From Macrostomum lignano (lineage: Eukaryota), in assembly GCA_002269645.1 (NCBI GenBank), contig NIVC01000611.1, positions 124,001 through 188,000 of the forward strand: a stretch of DNA of 64,000 bases. Reading direction: 5' to 3'. The position numbers and the translations under genes were made by a program. The notes under the pieces were generated by a model. It did no database searches. It was not told where the DNA came from and saw nothing but the letters and a program-made list of their open reading frames with translations. How positions within the stretch are numbered: the first letter of the stretch is position 1; each line of letters opens with the position of its first letter. This document shows, piece by piece, positions 39,453 to 52,500 of this stretch.

Positions 39453-41558
39453 ATGGGCGGTTGCTTCGCAAAGCCGGGCATCAAGCCGGCTGAAAGGGCA
39501 GCCGCAATGGAAAAGTACAAACGTGAGTAGAATTTGATAGCTGAAAATTCGGAGCGGTGAGCTGAACTTTCAAATGGATCTCGAAACTTTCAATTTTTAG
39601 TATCGGAAGAGGAAATCAGAAAAATTGAAGAATTTTTTTACGACTGCGCTTCGAAGAGAAAATACGTGACTTACTCGGTGAGTCCCTGTGATCTGTTCTA
39701 CCACCTGCCATCCACAATCTACCACCTGCCATCCACAATCTACCACCTGCCGTCCACAATCTACCACCTGCCATCCACAATCTACCACCTGCCATCTACA
39801 ATCTACCACCTGCCATCTACAATCTACCACCTGCCATCCACAATCTACCACTTGCCATCTACAATCTACCACCTGCCATCCACAATCTACCACCTGCCAT
39901 CCACAATCTACCACCTGCCATCCACAATCTACCACCTGCCATCCACAATCAAACATCCGTAATCCACAATCAAACATCCGTCATCCACAATCTGTCATCC
40001 GTAATTCACAATCTGCAATCTACTATGCACAACTTACCATTCGGCACTCACAGTCTACCATCTACAATTTACAATCTGCCATCTGCTGCAATCTATCATA
40101 TACAAGCAAGCACTTACAATCTGCCAGCTACCCTCAGGGCTTCCGCACGCTCTACGCGAGCTCCCGGTTCGACCAAGAAGAGGCGGACATGCAGGCGGTG
40201 TTCCGGACGATTGCCCGGCCACCTCAGCTAGATGGTCGAATCGATTTCGACTCGTTTGTTCGACTCATCCTGCTGTGCAACCGCGGCAAAGAAGTTGAAG
40301 GCGCGAGCGAGGAGGATAGGATGAGAGGTGAGGCGTTGCTGACTGACTGTGTCAGTAAATTTGTCATCAAATGTGTCAGTAAATGTGTCAGCAAATGTGT
40401 TAGCAAATGTGTCATCAAATGTGTCAGTAAATGTGTCAGTAAATGTGGCAGCAAATGTGTCAGCAAATGTGTCAGCAAATGTGTCAGTAAATGTGGCAGC
40501 AAATGTGTCAGCAAATGTGTCAGCAAATGTGTCAGCAAATGTGTCAGCAAATGTGTCAGCAAATGTGTCAGCAAATGTGTCAGTAAATGTGTCAGCAAAT
40601 GTGTTAGCAAATGTGTCATCAAATGTGTCAGTAAATGTGTCAGTAAATGTGTCAGCAAATGTGTCAGCAAATGTGTCAGCAAATGTGTCAGTAAATGTGT
40701 CAGCAAATGTGTTAGCAAATGTGTCATCAAATGTGTCAGTAAATGTGTCAGTAAATGTGGCAGCAAATGTGTCAGCAAATGTGTCAGCAAATGTGTCAGC
40801 AAATGTGTCAGTAAATGTGGCAGCAAATGTGTCAGCAAATGTGTCAGCAAATGTGTCAGCAAATGTGTCAGCAAATGTGTCAGCAAATGTGTCATCAAAT
40901 GTGTTAGTAAATGTGTTAGCATCTAGCATCCACAATCTACCATCCAGTAAATTCACAAATAGATTAGTCAGCAACTTTGTCAGTTAAATCATCAGAATAT
41001 GACTCAGCAACTTTGTCAGTTAAATCATCAGAATATGAGTCAGCAACTTTGTCAGTTAAAGCATCAGAATATGAGTCAGCAACTTTGTCAGTTAAAACAT
41101 CAGAATATGAGTCAGCAACTTTGTCAGTTAAAGCATCAGAATATGAGTCAGCAACTTTGTCAGTTAAAGCATCAGAATATGAGTCAGCAATATTGTCAGA
41201 CCACAAAGTTGACAGAAATTTCTGGCACCATCATATCCGTATCGCAGTTCTCTTCGACGTGATGGACTCAGACGGCAGCGAGTCCATATCGAAGCCGGAA
41301 TTCCAGCGGTTTCTACTGAATTTCGTGGATGACGATACGGCCACAAGCCAGATGTTTGACAAGCTGGATTCGGTAGGACTGGAAACTGTTTTATTAGCAA
41401 CAGTGATTAGAATTGACTGTCAAAACCCTGTAATTAGCAACCAAACAAAATTTCAGGATCAGAGTGAAGAGATCGACTTCCAAGAATTCAGCTCGTTTTG
41501 CAAATCCAACAGGAAAGTGTACAGGAAAATGTGCCTCTACGTGTTCCCCTCGGGCTGA
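39453..41558 (+). CDS. EF-hand Ca2+-binding protein (calcineurin B/NCS-like), 187 aa, MGGCF N-terminus; exons 39453-39522, 39601-39677, 40138-40327, 41248-41372, 41457-41558
   Basis: Phase-consistent GT-AG introns. EF loops DSDGSESISKPEF, DS|DQSEEIDFQEF and degenerate DGRIDFDSF. Confidence 0.85.
39697..39950. repeat. 21-bp intronic minisatellite CTACCACCTGCCATCCACAAT
   Basis: Direct reading. Confidence 0.95.
40348..40920. repeat. 12-bp intronic minisatellite AAATGTGTCAGC
   Basis: Direct reading. Confidence 0.95.
40968..41200. repeat. 36-bp intronic minisatellite
   Basis: Unit GTCAGCAACTTTGTCAGTTAAAGCATCAGAATATGA. Confidence 0.93.
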
Positions 41559-41786
41559 CGTCACTCTGACCAACCACCAATGACGTCATTGAAAAAAATG
41601 TTCTAAATATGAAAAAATATGCTGATTGTAAAAGACTTTTTTCTTCTAATCAGGTCGAGCAATTGTAAATTTTTGGTGTCATTGCTGAAATTGAAATATT
41701 TAAAATTTGTTGTTTGAAGCTGCCTGGTGCAAATAAACTGTGGTTTTTCCTAAGAATTTCAGTGTTTTATATATAAGCTTGGGCTC

Positions 41787-42069
41787 GCACGGGCGTATTC
41801 AGCATGCCAGTGAAGTATGAGACAGACCAGGCCTATGGGCTAAGGTCTGCGATGCTCTACGCCTGCCCCTATCTTCAGCAGGTAAAGGCTGGTGGGAGGT
41901 CTGCACCCTCTATTTGCCGCTGGCAGCCGCAGACCCCCCCCCCATGCTGTCTCGCAAGCCGACCCAGGGGTACCCGTCCCCGCGTGTGTTCAAGGCAGAC
42001 CCTAGGGCTGCCGGACTGACTGGGCTCCGGCGCTGGGGACCCATCCAGTGGCTTTTGCCGAACATGGGT
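41787..42069 (+). ncRNA. Second copy of the predicted HDV-like ribozyme (P1 partly disrupted)
   Basis: ACCCA 41962-41966, G(G)GG, L3 TACCCGT, CCC, CGCGTGT, GT, CGAAC from C42059, TGGGT 42065-42069. The 5' strand reads GCACGGG (one mismatch). Confidence 0.55.
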
Positions 42070-45000
42070 ATGCGGGTCTGGCTCGCCAGTCCGCAGGCCG
42101 TGGTGCTGCTCAACGTACCCTCTAATGCCTAAGGTGTTCGACCGTGCCGCTGGGCTGGAAGGCCGGGGAGTAGTCCGGTCGCAAGCCGTCCCCCTGCTGG
42201 TGTCGGGCCAGCCTTGAGGGTTCTTTTGGCCTACTGCCCGGTCAGGTGGAGCGGCCGGGTGGGTACCGCGCCCCTTCGAGGGTAGCCCACCAACCTTTAT
42301 CATGGCCTTCGAGCCGACTATGGATAAAAACCCTATTTCTAGGGATGGGGACCCTTCTAAACCCCAACCTCAGTCCGAAGGACCGGCCCTGCTGGCAGAT
42401 CCCAACCGACTGATTCATCTGTGGCAAAGGAAGGACCGGCTGGCTCTGCTGGCAGATCCCAACCGACTGATTCAACCGTGGCAAAGGGAGGACCGGCTGG
42501 CTCTGCTGGCAGATCCAACCAGAGCTGCCAAACTCAAAGTATCCAAAGACCTGCCAGCTCTGCTGGTGGATCTAAGGGAACCGCGAGCTCTGAGCCTAAA
42601 GGACCGGCCAAATCTGGCAGATCCGACGAAGCTCAACGGGCTCGGCTCGAGCGCAAACGCGCTAAGCAACGCGACAAAAGGCAGGCCAAGAAGGGAGCTG
42701 CGGGGCCAATGCGGCGGCGTCCACCATGGATGCTGAAGCGACTGGCGTCCCAAGGCAACCAGACGGGCCGGCCGGTGGAAGCTCTGGTAGTACAGCGGCG
42801 GCACTCCCTGGAGATGCCGCTGCGGCTGCTGAGGCCGAAACCACGGCGCAACAAATGGCCACTGCCAACAAGGAGGTTCCTTCGGGAGCTACCTTTGCGG
42901 CGAAGGCCAAGGCCAAAATCCCGGGAGTGATCATCCAAGGTCGCGACCAGGACTAGACCACTGGTCAGCTTCAAAAAGTGTGGAGTGCTGTTGACTCCTA
43001 CCTGATTGAGCTGACTGTCGAGGAGGGAATCTCCATCGGCATTGAGCGGATGGTGCTGCGAAGCACATTCGTTCTGATTGCTCCTAGCAGTGAGGAGGAC
43101 GCTCAGCAGCTCCAGCCGACGGTCTCCTTAGACGCTGACCTCGGCGGAGCTCTTTTTCTTCTCGAAGGCCAGCGTCCAAAGACAATACCCTATGTGGTGT
43201 TTTTGTCCGTGCTAAGAGCACCGCAGCTGGACCAGACGTTATCCACCGGGTCCTACTGCGTCTGAACCGTAACCTCCCTGCTAGTGGACTGGTGTATCAC
43301 CGCAAAGTCCGCAGGGGGGAGACGGGCAACTCAATTGTATTCGGCCTCTCCAACGCTTGGGTGAGTCGTTACCCTAGCGGATCCTCTTTCCAGCTGGGTG
43401 CCCTCAAGCTCAAGATGCGCCGAGGAAAGTCTGCCAAAGGGAAGGCTTCTGCCAACCCCGGCATCTCCGGCAAGAGTGGGGTGCAGTCTAAGGCCCAAGG
43501 AAAGGCGCAAGCCGATCCCAAAGCCGGAGCTGCGTCTTGCCCCTCTGCTAGCAGCAATTCGGCGACCGAGGTGACGGCTCCGGCCCAGCCCCGGGAACCG
43601 AACCTGCCTGCCGGAGAAGGAGTTGAGGACGAGGCCGGGTCTTCGGAATCCGAGCTCTCCTCGGCCACCCTGGTGGGGTCTGAAGGCAAAGATGCAGATG
43701 AGGAAGCTTCCTCTATCCTGTCATCGGAGCCCGAGGACTCTGCTGGAGGGGGGGGGGCTGGTTGGGGTGAGGAGGCCATGGACATGACCAACTCCCGTCT
43801 CCTAGTCAAGCCCCAACGGCCTGGGACGAGGACGATTTGCTGTCCAAGTCTCCTTGATGACCCGGGGTTCTAGCCAGCTACTGCATTTAATACAGTATGA
43901 CTAAGCTCCATGCTGCCAAAGGAGCAACATTCTGTCTGCAAATAAATTTACAGCATTGCGTATCTGCGTCAGTAAATCTGATGAAGATTGCTGAGACGTA
44001 CAGGCCAGGCGTCATCCTGATCCAGGAACACTGGATGCGCAACGGTAAGTTGCCCAACATTCCTTCTGGCTACTATGATTTTTATGTGTGTGGCCCGGGG
44101 AACAACCGCCCTAGAGCGGCTGCCAGCCATCTCCAGGCTTGGCTGAGGACTGATCTCTCTGATGGAGACCTTTGTGTCATCCAATCTAATCATCTCTCTT
44201 CGCGTACGTGTCTCGTTGCCTCGATTTACATCCCAGGCGACAGAGACCCTCCACCTGAGAGTCTACTGCGCCTTATGCAGTACTGCGAGTCCCAGAACGC
44301 TGAGCTGTGCTTAGGGGGCGATCTCAACGCGCACCATAAGCACTGGGGCAGCAAAGACACCAATACTAGAGGGGAGGAGCTTCTGGCCCTTATCTCTAAC
44401 ACAAAACTCATGCTCTGCAACCGCGGCAGCACTCCTACCTTTAACAGTGGCAGATGGACCGAGGTCCTCGACGCCACACTCGTTACCCCAAGACTCTTTG
44501 ACAGAGTTGAGGAGTGGAGAGTCTGGTCTGAGGAGCCCTCCCTGTCTGACCACTGCTTTATCGTCTTTAACATTGCGGACACTAAACCTCAGTCCTCGAT
44601 CACTTGGAGGCGTAACATCCGCAACACTGATTGGGCAGCCTATAAGGCTACCCTTGATCTGCATCTGCAGGAACTCACGGACTTACGTCCGATTGAGACC
44701 TACGAGGATGTGGACCATGCAGCTGAGACGCTGACAGGTTGCATTATTGCAGCCTATGAAGCGGCCTGCCCTGTCCATGCCTACAAAGGCAAGACCTCGG
44801 CGCCGTGGTGGAACCCGGAGCTGGGGAAACTCAGGCGGAAGGCCAAAAGCCTTCACCGCCGTGTCATGAAGACCGGGAACCCGGAGGACATGGAGCTTTT
44901 CCGGCAAACCTCCCGCAACTTCAAATCTGAAGTGCTCAAGACCAAGGGATGTAAATGGCGCCAATTCTGCAATGAGTTGGATCAAGGCAGACCTATTTCT

Positions 45001-47290
45001 AAGCTTGTCAAGGCCCTTACAATGGACAAAATGTCCAAATTAGCCATGATCAGAAAAGATGATGGCTCTCTTACTAAAGACCCTGAAAAAGTGCTTCAGC
45101 ATATGCTCAGCACATTCTTCCCGAGGGTACCCACTACTAGATCGGAACCCAACCATTCGATGGATGGAGCCTCCCTAGCGGCGGGAATTATCACGTGCGG
45201 TCAGAACCTTCACGCCCTTCAAATCTCCTGGACCTGATGGTATCTACCCTGTTCTTCTTCGTGAAGCAGCCAAGATACCCTCGTTCCTGAGACCTATCCG
45301 CAATCTCATGCGGGCCTCTATCCAGCTGGGATACGTTCCCAAGTGCTGGACCGAAGGACCAGGTAGTCTTCATTCCCTGGGAAGGGTGACTACCAGAGCG
45401 TCAAGGCCTTTAGGCCAATTAGCTTAACGTCAGCAATGCTTAAGCTCACTGAGAGGCTTATTCTCTGGCGGCTGCTTTCTTGCGAGCTGACAGCAATGCC
45501 CCTCAGCAATAATCAGCACGCCTTCCGTACCGGGAGGTCGACTGACGGCGCCCTGCATGCGATAGTCGAAAAGATTGAACGGGTGGTACTGGGTGACGGT
45601 TACGCCCTGGCTCTTTTTCTCGACATTGTTGGCGCCTTCGACAACGTTATCTTTGAAGCGTTTCAGAGGGCCCTTCAAAACCGCAAAGCTCACGCTACCC
45701 TCATACGGTGGATCATGTATATGATCTCTAACCGTACGGTCACTGCCCAACTTCTCGGGCAAGCTGCCTCCGCCAGAGTCTGTAAGGGTGGACCCCAAGG
45801 CGGAGTCCTCACCCCGACGCTCTGGAACCTGGTCATGGACGCTCTTCTGGGCGACTCCCGACCTGATCTCGTCTTCAAAGTCGGGTATGCTGACGACGTC
45901 ACTGCCATTGTGGCTGGACCGTCTCCCAGCACGCTCAGGGATCTGATGCAGAGCTTTATCCGCAAAGCAAAATCCTGGGCCAATGACAATGGTCTGGAAC
46001 TCTCTGAGCCCAAAACTGTTGCCATTATGTTCACCAGTAGAATACGCTGGAAGATACGACCTCTGCAGTTATACGGCAGAGATATTGCCTTCGCGCACCA
46101 GACTACTTGCCTCGGGGTCATACTCGACCACCGGCTCAACTGGTCTTTCCACGTGAAATGTGCTTGGCACTTCTTGGGGTCTTTCCCCAAAGCGGCTTTG
46201 GTGGATCTACACTTCCGTTGTTAGACCTGCCATTACGTACGCCTCGGTTGTCTGGGTCAGCGCTACCCAGGTCAAAAGTCATGCAGATTTGCTCAACACG
46301 ATCCAGGGCAGAGCGTGTAGGCTCATCTGCAACGCCACCAGGTCCACGCCCTTTGCCGGCATCGGGGCCTTCCTTAATCTACCGCCTCTCGACCTCTTCG
46401 TCAGGGGTGAGGCGGCTAGAACGACGCGGCGTTTACTTGATACTGGTGTCAAATTACTTTACATGAGGGCGCCTGCTAAGCGGAACCTCGTCCCGCATCG
46501 ACCTGTGCCTCAAAATTCTCAACGAGTGTCAGGCCAATCGAGTCTTCACCGATGGCATTGCCTCAACGCTCAACCTGAGACAACGCTACTCTGTAGCTAT
46601 CGACTCGCGCGATACCATCAATGACCACTGGAACCCTGGTGAGCTTCACTGCTACACCGACGGTTCTAAGCAGTCAGCCAACACCGGTTTTGGTGTTGGA
46701 ATCTTCCTGAACGGGAGGGTCATCGCAACCCACGCTCAGTACACTGGGGTCAACTCCAGTGTCTTCCAAAATGAAGTTCTCGCCATCAGCTCCTGCAATG
46801 CAGAGCTCCTCGCCACTGGCGTAACCGGTAAGAACATCATATTTCATTCGGACAGCCAAGCTGCCTTGTACGCCATCAGTGGCTGCAGCACCAACTCTGC
46901 TACAGTCCTCGACTGTATCAAACTCCTCAACATGTTGGGTTCCACCAACAAAATCACCCTTAAGTGGATCCCGGGGCATGTGGGAATCCGAGGAAATGAG
47001 TTGGCTGACGCCCTTGCAAATTTTGGCGCCTCCGGCTCCTCTCTTGGTCCCGAACCCCTTGTCCCGATTCCTGGCTGTGTCATCGACTCGCGCATCAAGG
47101 CGTGGATCAGGACCCAGCACCGCTCGACTTGGGCAAACTGCACTACCTGCAGGCAATCCAGAGGCGCTGTCCCTCAGCCCTCTCACCAGCTCCGGAAGCT
47201 CCTCTTACGCGTCTCACGCAGAGACATCCGGGCTGCCACCATGACCCTCTCAGGTCACGGCTGCTTCTCTAGGCATCAGTACCTGCAGGG
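41787..47290 (+). mobile_element. Second, decayed copy of the same non-LTR retrotransposon; 5'-complete, 3' end missing
   Basis: Collinear with 21576-27035. Frameshifts and stops in ORF1 and ORF2 (fragments 43897-45237, 45436-46224 and others). Similarity stops after SRHQYLQG; no CCHC finger, tail or TSD. Confidence 0.95.
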
Positions 47291-49454
47291 CACCTACCTG
47301 CAGATAATGAAATTTTGTCTATGGTAGGAATATGCTTCGGCTTTCGGGATTTAATCACATACCGACCTCAAATCCATAGAATATCTTATACTTAACTGCC
47401 CGCTAATTTGCATGAAAGTAAGTTTAAAGCATTAAAGTCCTGCAAGCGGGCTTAAACGTAGTCTATGGCATTAAAAGGCAAGAATAAGTACCCAGCGGGC
47501 AAGAGGTCATGGTACAATAAGCATTTTGCAGACAATTGCAGCAGGCGGCTGCCGTGCGTTTCACCTAGATTCAACACGCTTAGGCTAACTATAATGTTTA
47601 TACGGAGGCTACTATTGAAATTTCAATGCTAGCATCAAATGAGGCACTCGATTTTATAGCGATTCGATTGGCAAAAGGCGACATGTAGTGTTCAAAACAG
47701 AAGTTGAACCTTTTTGCAGCGAAGACTTTCGAGGAAACAGTTTACCAAGTCGTGCTGGAACACTCGACACTTAAATTGAAAAGTTTTGGTTCATTCCTAA
47801 GACTAGGTAAACCGTTTGCAATAAGGACTGTCATGGTTGTGGAAGGTTTTCAGTGTGCACTCTTGACACAGTCAGAGAGCCACAGCCATGGCAGAAGGGC
47901 GCGTTATGCTAGCCGTAGTTGCCACGAGTTCAATACACAGAACTATTTATTCCAGGCTTCACAGACAAAGTTGGTTTGGAAAAGAATGAGCTAAAATCTG
48001 GGCTGCAGGACAGCTCCCCGCGGGTGACAGCAAATCCCAACTTTTAATGGTGCTTGCCTTCCTGCAGAAAAGCTTTGAAAAAAGTTTTACAGACACGCCA
48101 AGTCTGGATTAATGGGCCTTAAAAGCTAACAATTGGTCATGTTTGCAGGATGGCTGGCGCTGCTCTCGGCGGCATCGTCCTGAAACCAGTACTGAGCCAA
48201 TAGTGTACGCAGGCACAGCAGACCTGACTTTCTAATCGCTAGATTCAGGCGCGTTTACCGCCGAGCTCCCATTGGAAGGGGGCTGCATTTTCTGCTTCAG
48301 AGAGGCAAATTAGCTTCAACAACCCTATACAAGCCCCCTTAATTCATAGTAGAAGGCAAGGCAAAATGAAAGTCAAACATGCCAAGTGTTTGCCAATCCA
48401 TTATTACCGTGACAGTTACAAAAATACGTGACAGTTTCTTGTACAAGCCAGTTTTCATACCGGATCGAATCTTCAGCCAGTGAATTCCTACACCATCAGC
48501 AGCTCTTTGCCATGAAATTTTCACCCACTCTCGGCAAGGCTAACTAATTGGAGTGAGTCTGGAAGGCTTGTATCCGAGGGCAAGTCTCCTATCAGGCAGG
48601 AAGCCAGTCTACCTATAGGGCTGCGAGCCACAAGGGTGTCACCTATCCAGCTCTAAACAGGGCCAGGCCAAGGGGTCGGGAAGGGGCACCCAGGGCAAGA
48701 GGACCCGGACTCAGCCGGTATCCCCGGTACGAGACGAACTTCCAACCCAGGACTCCATTCCACTGTCAGGATGAGAGCCGGAGACACAAAGGCAGGGAAC
48801 TTCCAGAGGAGCCAGCAGATGGACCAAGGCTATGGAGCACGCTCACTGAGGCGAGATCGATAAACTCCAACTATGTTCAGTCTTAGCGGTTTTTTCTGTT
48901 TAAAACTGCATGAATGCTCTCAACTTGCCTAAACTAATCATTCTTAACTATTTTGCTAACCGAAAACTACTAATAGTAGTGTGATTGTACTATAAACGAC
49001 CTACGATAGAATGAAAAGCTGATCTGTATCTCACCTGCTGCAAATATCATCGAACAACTGCCCGGCCGGCCGTTACTCGTAATTTTCTTGTTTTCAGATT
49101 TCATTTAAGGCACATTTGAACTTGTCAAGCTTTTTAACAAAAAATATCAAACAATACATGTAATGATATTTATTTAAGTTATTTAAGTTTAATAAACTCA
49201 AACGCTAAACAAATCAACGATTAACGAACAATAAAACAAGGAAACAAAAGTTGACTATTTGCTGAAATGAATGGTGATGTCATGTAGAATTTTTTTGTGC
49301 TAAATTGGAGACTGCAAATATTTTGATATAAATTTTGTCTAAGGAGCCAAGTAGGAGCAAATTCTGACTATTCAAAAGACGAATTGATAAGAGGACTGTG
49401 GAAGAGTGACTGGACGAGAGTTCCATCATAGAGTGGCTTAAAGAGAATGAATGG

Positions 49455-49520
49455 AAGAGAGTGCCTATCGGAGAGTGCCTATCGGAGAGTGCCTATCGGA
49501 GAGTGCCTATCGGAGAGTGC
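49455..49520. repeat. 14-bp repeat GAGAGTGCCTATCG
   Basis: Four to five units immediately beyond the tyrosinase stop. Confidence 0.85.
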
Positions 49521-49528
49521 CGTCCGTC

Positions 49529-52500
49529 TCAAGCGGCAGCTCCCGGATGCTCAGCCAGGAAGCGCTGCAGCTCATCCTCGAATTCGTGGCGGTGCAGGCG
49601 GTGCTGGGGGTGCAGGAAGCCGCGCTGGCAGTTGATGAAGTGCTTCAGCGTTGGCTTGGGCATCCGGCCCTCCTTCTGCAGCCTGCGTCGAACTGGCTCG
49701 CCGAATTCCAGCGTGTCGTATTCGTAGCCGAGAGCGGCGATGTCGGTGAAGACCTCCTCGTGCCGGATTGGCGGGTAGAAGCCGACCATGTAGCTCTGGC
49801 GGTCGTGCCCCGGCGACACGTTGATGTTGGCCATGTCCACCGGGTGGGGTCGGTGGCGCAGGAACCACATGTGCACCAGGCGGCTGATCTGCGAGTGGTG
49901 CATGAAGAAGATCGGATCGTTGGGTGCCGTGGCGGCGCAGCAGAAGCTGCCCATAACCGAATTGTGCACCTGCGGGAGATAGGAGCATCATGCCTTCAGG
50001 TTCCATTGGTCACCTGGATTCGTTACTCGTTACAAAGAACATAATCCGTTGAGAGAACATGATACATGCTAACAGAATACAAGTTTTAAACTTTCTAGAC
50101 AGTCACTTCCAAAGACTCTTAAGACTCTTGGAGAGTCATCTCTAAGAGCCACTCCCGAATGGACACTCCTGAAGAGTCCCTCCTAAAAAGTCACTCCTAA
50201 AGATTCACTCCTGAAGAGTCACTTCTGGAGAGTCACTCCTGAAGAGTCACTTCTGAAGAGTCACTCCTGAAGAGTCACTTCTGAAGAGTCACTCCTGAAG
50301 AGTCACTTCTGAAGAGTCACTCCTGAAGAGTCACTCCTGAAGAGTCACTCCTGAAGAGTCACTCATGAAGAGTCCTTCCTGAAGAGTCGCTATTGAAGAG
50401 CCACTATTGACTCCCAATGAGTCACTCCCAATGAGTCACACACAAACGATCACTCCTAAAACGTTCCCCTAATTCCGTCACTCTCAAAAAGTTGCTAAAT
50501 CGGTCACTCCACCCCAGCCGTCACCTTATTATGCAGGGTGCCAATTTTCCCATAGAGCTCCATGGGGCCGCAGTGACCCTCCAGGTATCTGGCGAAGCCA
50601 CAGTTCTCCAGGTCCTGAGCTGGGCGGTTGAACTCCTCAGGATAATAGTACCGCGGAATGCTCAGGCCGTAGTTCACCTCGGCAGTGGTTGGCAGCGACA
50701 GGCTCGTCCACTGCCTGACGAGCTTGCCGAATCGTTCAGCGGCGTGGCAGCCGTAGCAGGAGCCGCCGCCCAGCTGCTGGCGGTCCTTGGCGGACGGCGT
50801 GGTGCAGAACTCGTCCCAGCCGCCGAAGGGGCTGGCCGGGTGCAGTCGCTGGCCGAAGTTGTCGCACTCGCCCGGCGCGCCAACGATGTCATTCTGGCAG
50901 ACTTCGCACCAGGTGGCGTCGACCCAGTCCCAGTAGGGCAGGCCGAAGGTTGTCCAGTTGAACCTCTCCACCGCGATCTTGTGCAGCTCGCGCTCCAGCA
51001 TCATGGTGTAGTAGCGGTGCCAGGTCATGAAGCCGGGGCCGCCATGGTTCAGGTCCAGGATGCCAAACTGCTGGCACTGCTTCGCGTCCGGGAACAGGGT
51101 GCGACGAGAGGCGTACCTGGGTAGGCGAAGGTGCGGGTGCGGGTAGTGGCGCACCGGGGAACAGAGGAAGCAGGTGAATTGTGGAACAGGGCCCGTTGAA
51201 AACGTTTTCCTGACAAGAATCGCTAAAGAGTCATTGCAAACAACTCACTGGTGACTCTAGCGACTCTGAGGCGACTCTTGCGCAAAATTTAACGGCTCAA
51301 ACGCGTCTAATGCGACGTGGAGGCGACTGTTGAGTCACGAGCGCGTCACGCTTCAAACACAACTCATTGACTCTACAGCGACTCTGGCACGCCTCAGGTA
51401 CGACTCTACGACCCCAGAGTCGTTATACCGTCGCACCAGAGTTCGTTTCAGAGTCGCAGACAATAAAACGCTACAAAGTGACGCTTAAGTCCCATCTCGT
51501 CGGTTTAGAGTCGTTTGGAGTCACTGCTTTCCTACCCGCGTTACCTGCAACGGCTCTGAAGCGACTCTGGGGCTACGCAAGTGACTCTGGGACGCTTCTT
51601 GGCCTGGGTATATATACCGTTTCCATGGGGGGGGGAGAAATATAAGCAATTAAAATAAATATTCGCAGGAGGTTTCGTCGACATTGCGCTGAGGCAATTC
51701 TGCCTATTCCACTTCCTGAGCACATGCAAGCGCGTCAACACTGTACGCAGGCAAGCTCTCATACACACGCTCATACAGGGTGTGCTGACTTTCTAATCGT
51801 CAGACATGTACAACTCTGTGTCTTGGTGGTTGGCCCAGTGGGTGTGGTGAATCGCATTGACAAGTCCCTCAGGCCTCGGCCAATTTCTCGCACAAGCACA
51901 AGGAGGAACTAAGTAGGAACTTCTAACTAAGAAGCGGAGGATGTCAGGTGTTGATGAAAGTTTGAGATATTACCGTGTTGATTTATGATTAATCTAGCAA
52001 CTAGTATAAAGCCGGCAGGTGTCAATCAAGGCATTAGCAGACGCACCTGTGCACATACACCAGCCAGTAGTGCACAGTGGCGGGCACGAACACTGGGCTC
52101 CTCAACGGGTCAGACTGGTTATTGTACTTTTCAATCAGCACAGAGTACGGCGACATCTTCACCCGCATCAGCCGGCTGATTTCCCGGTACTGGTCTCGCT
52201 CAGCCGGGCTCAGCGTAAAGATGTTGCGCCTCAGCCTCACGTCGCGCTGGTTGCAGCGGGGGCCGCGCCAGCCGAAGAAGCACTCGCCGCAGTCGGCGCC
52301 CCAGTAGCGCGAGTCGCACTGGCAGCCGAACTCGAAGAACCGGCTGGGCCACATCAGCCGGTCGTCTCTGCGGTTTAAATTGGAGCGAAAATATGCTTTG
52401 GTGACTAGTGATAATAGGATACACGTAAGTAGCGCATAACGCCTTGGGCATCAATATGCTGCTAAGGGGTATCCTCAGGGTGCTAATAGGTATTTGGAGG

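Noticed and set aside
47290-48850. Possible further retroelement, transposase or ribozyme (GC-rich stretch 48540-48850)
   Set aside because: Multiple stops in the frames I translated, no recognisable motifs, and neither an HDV nor a hammerhead core could be fitted.
51190-51615. GACTCT/AGAGTC-rich stretch in a tyrosinase intron as a MITE
   Set aside because: Terminal similarity is too weak to define TIRs or a TSD.
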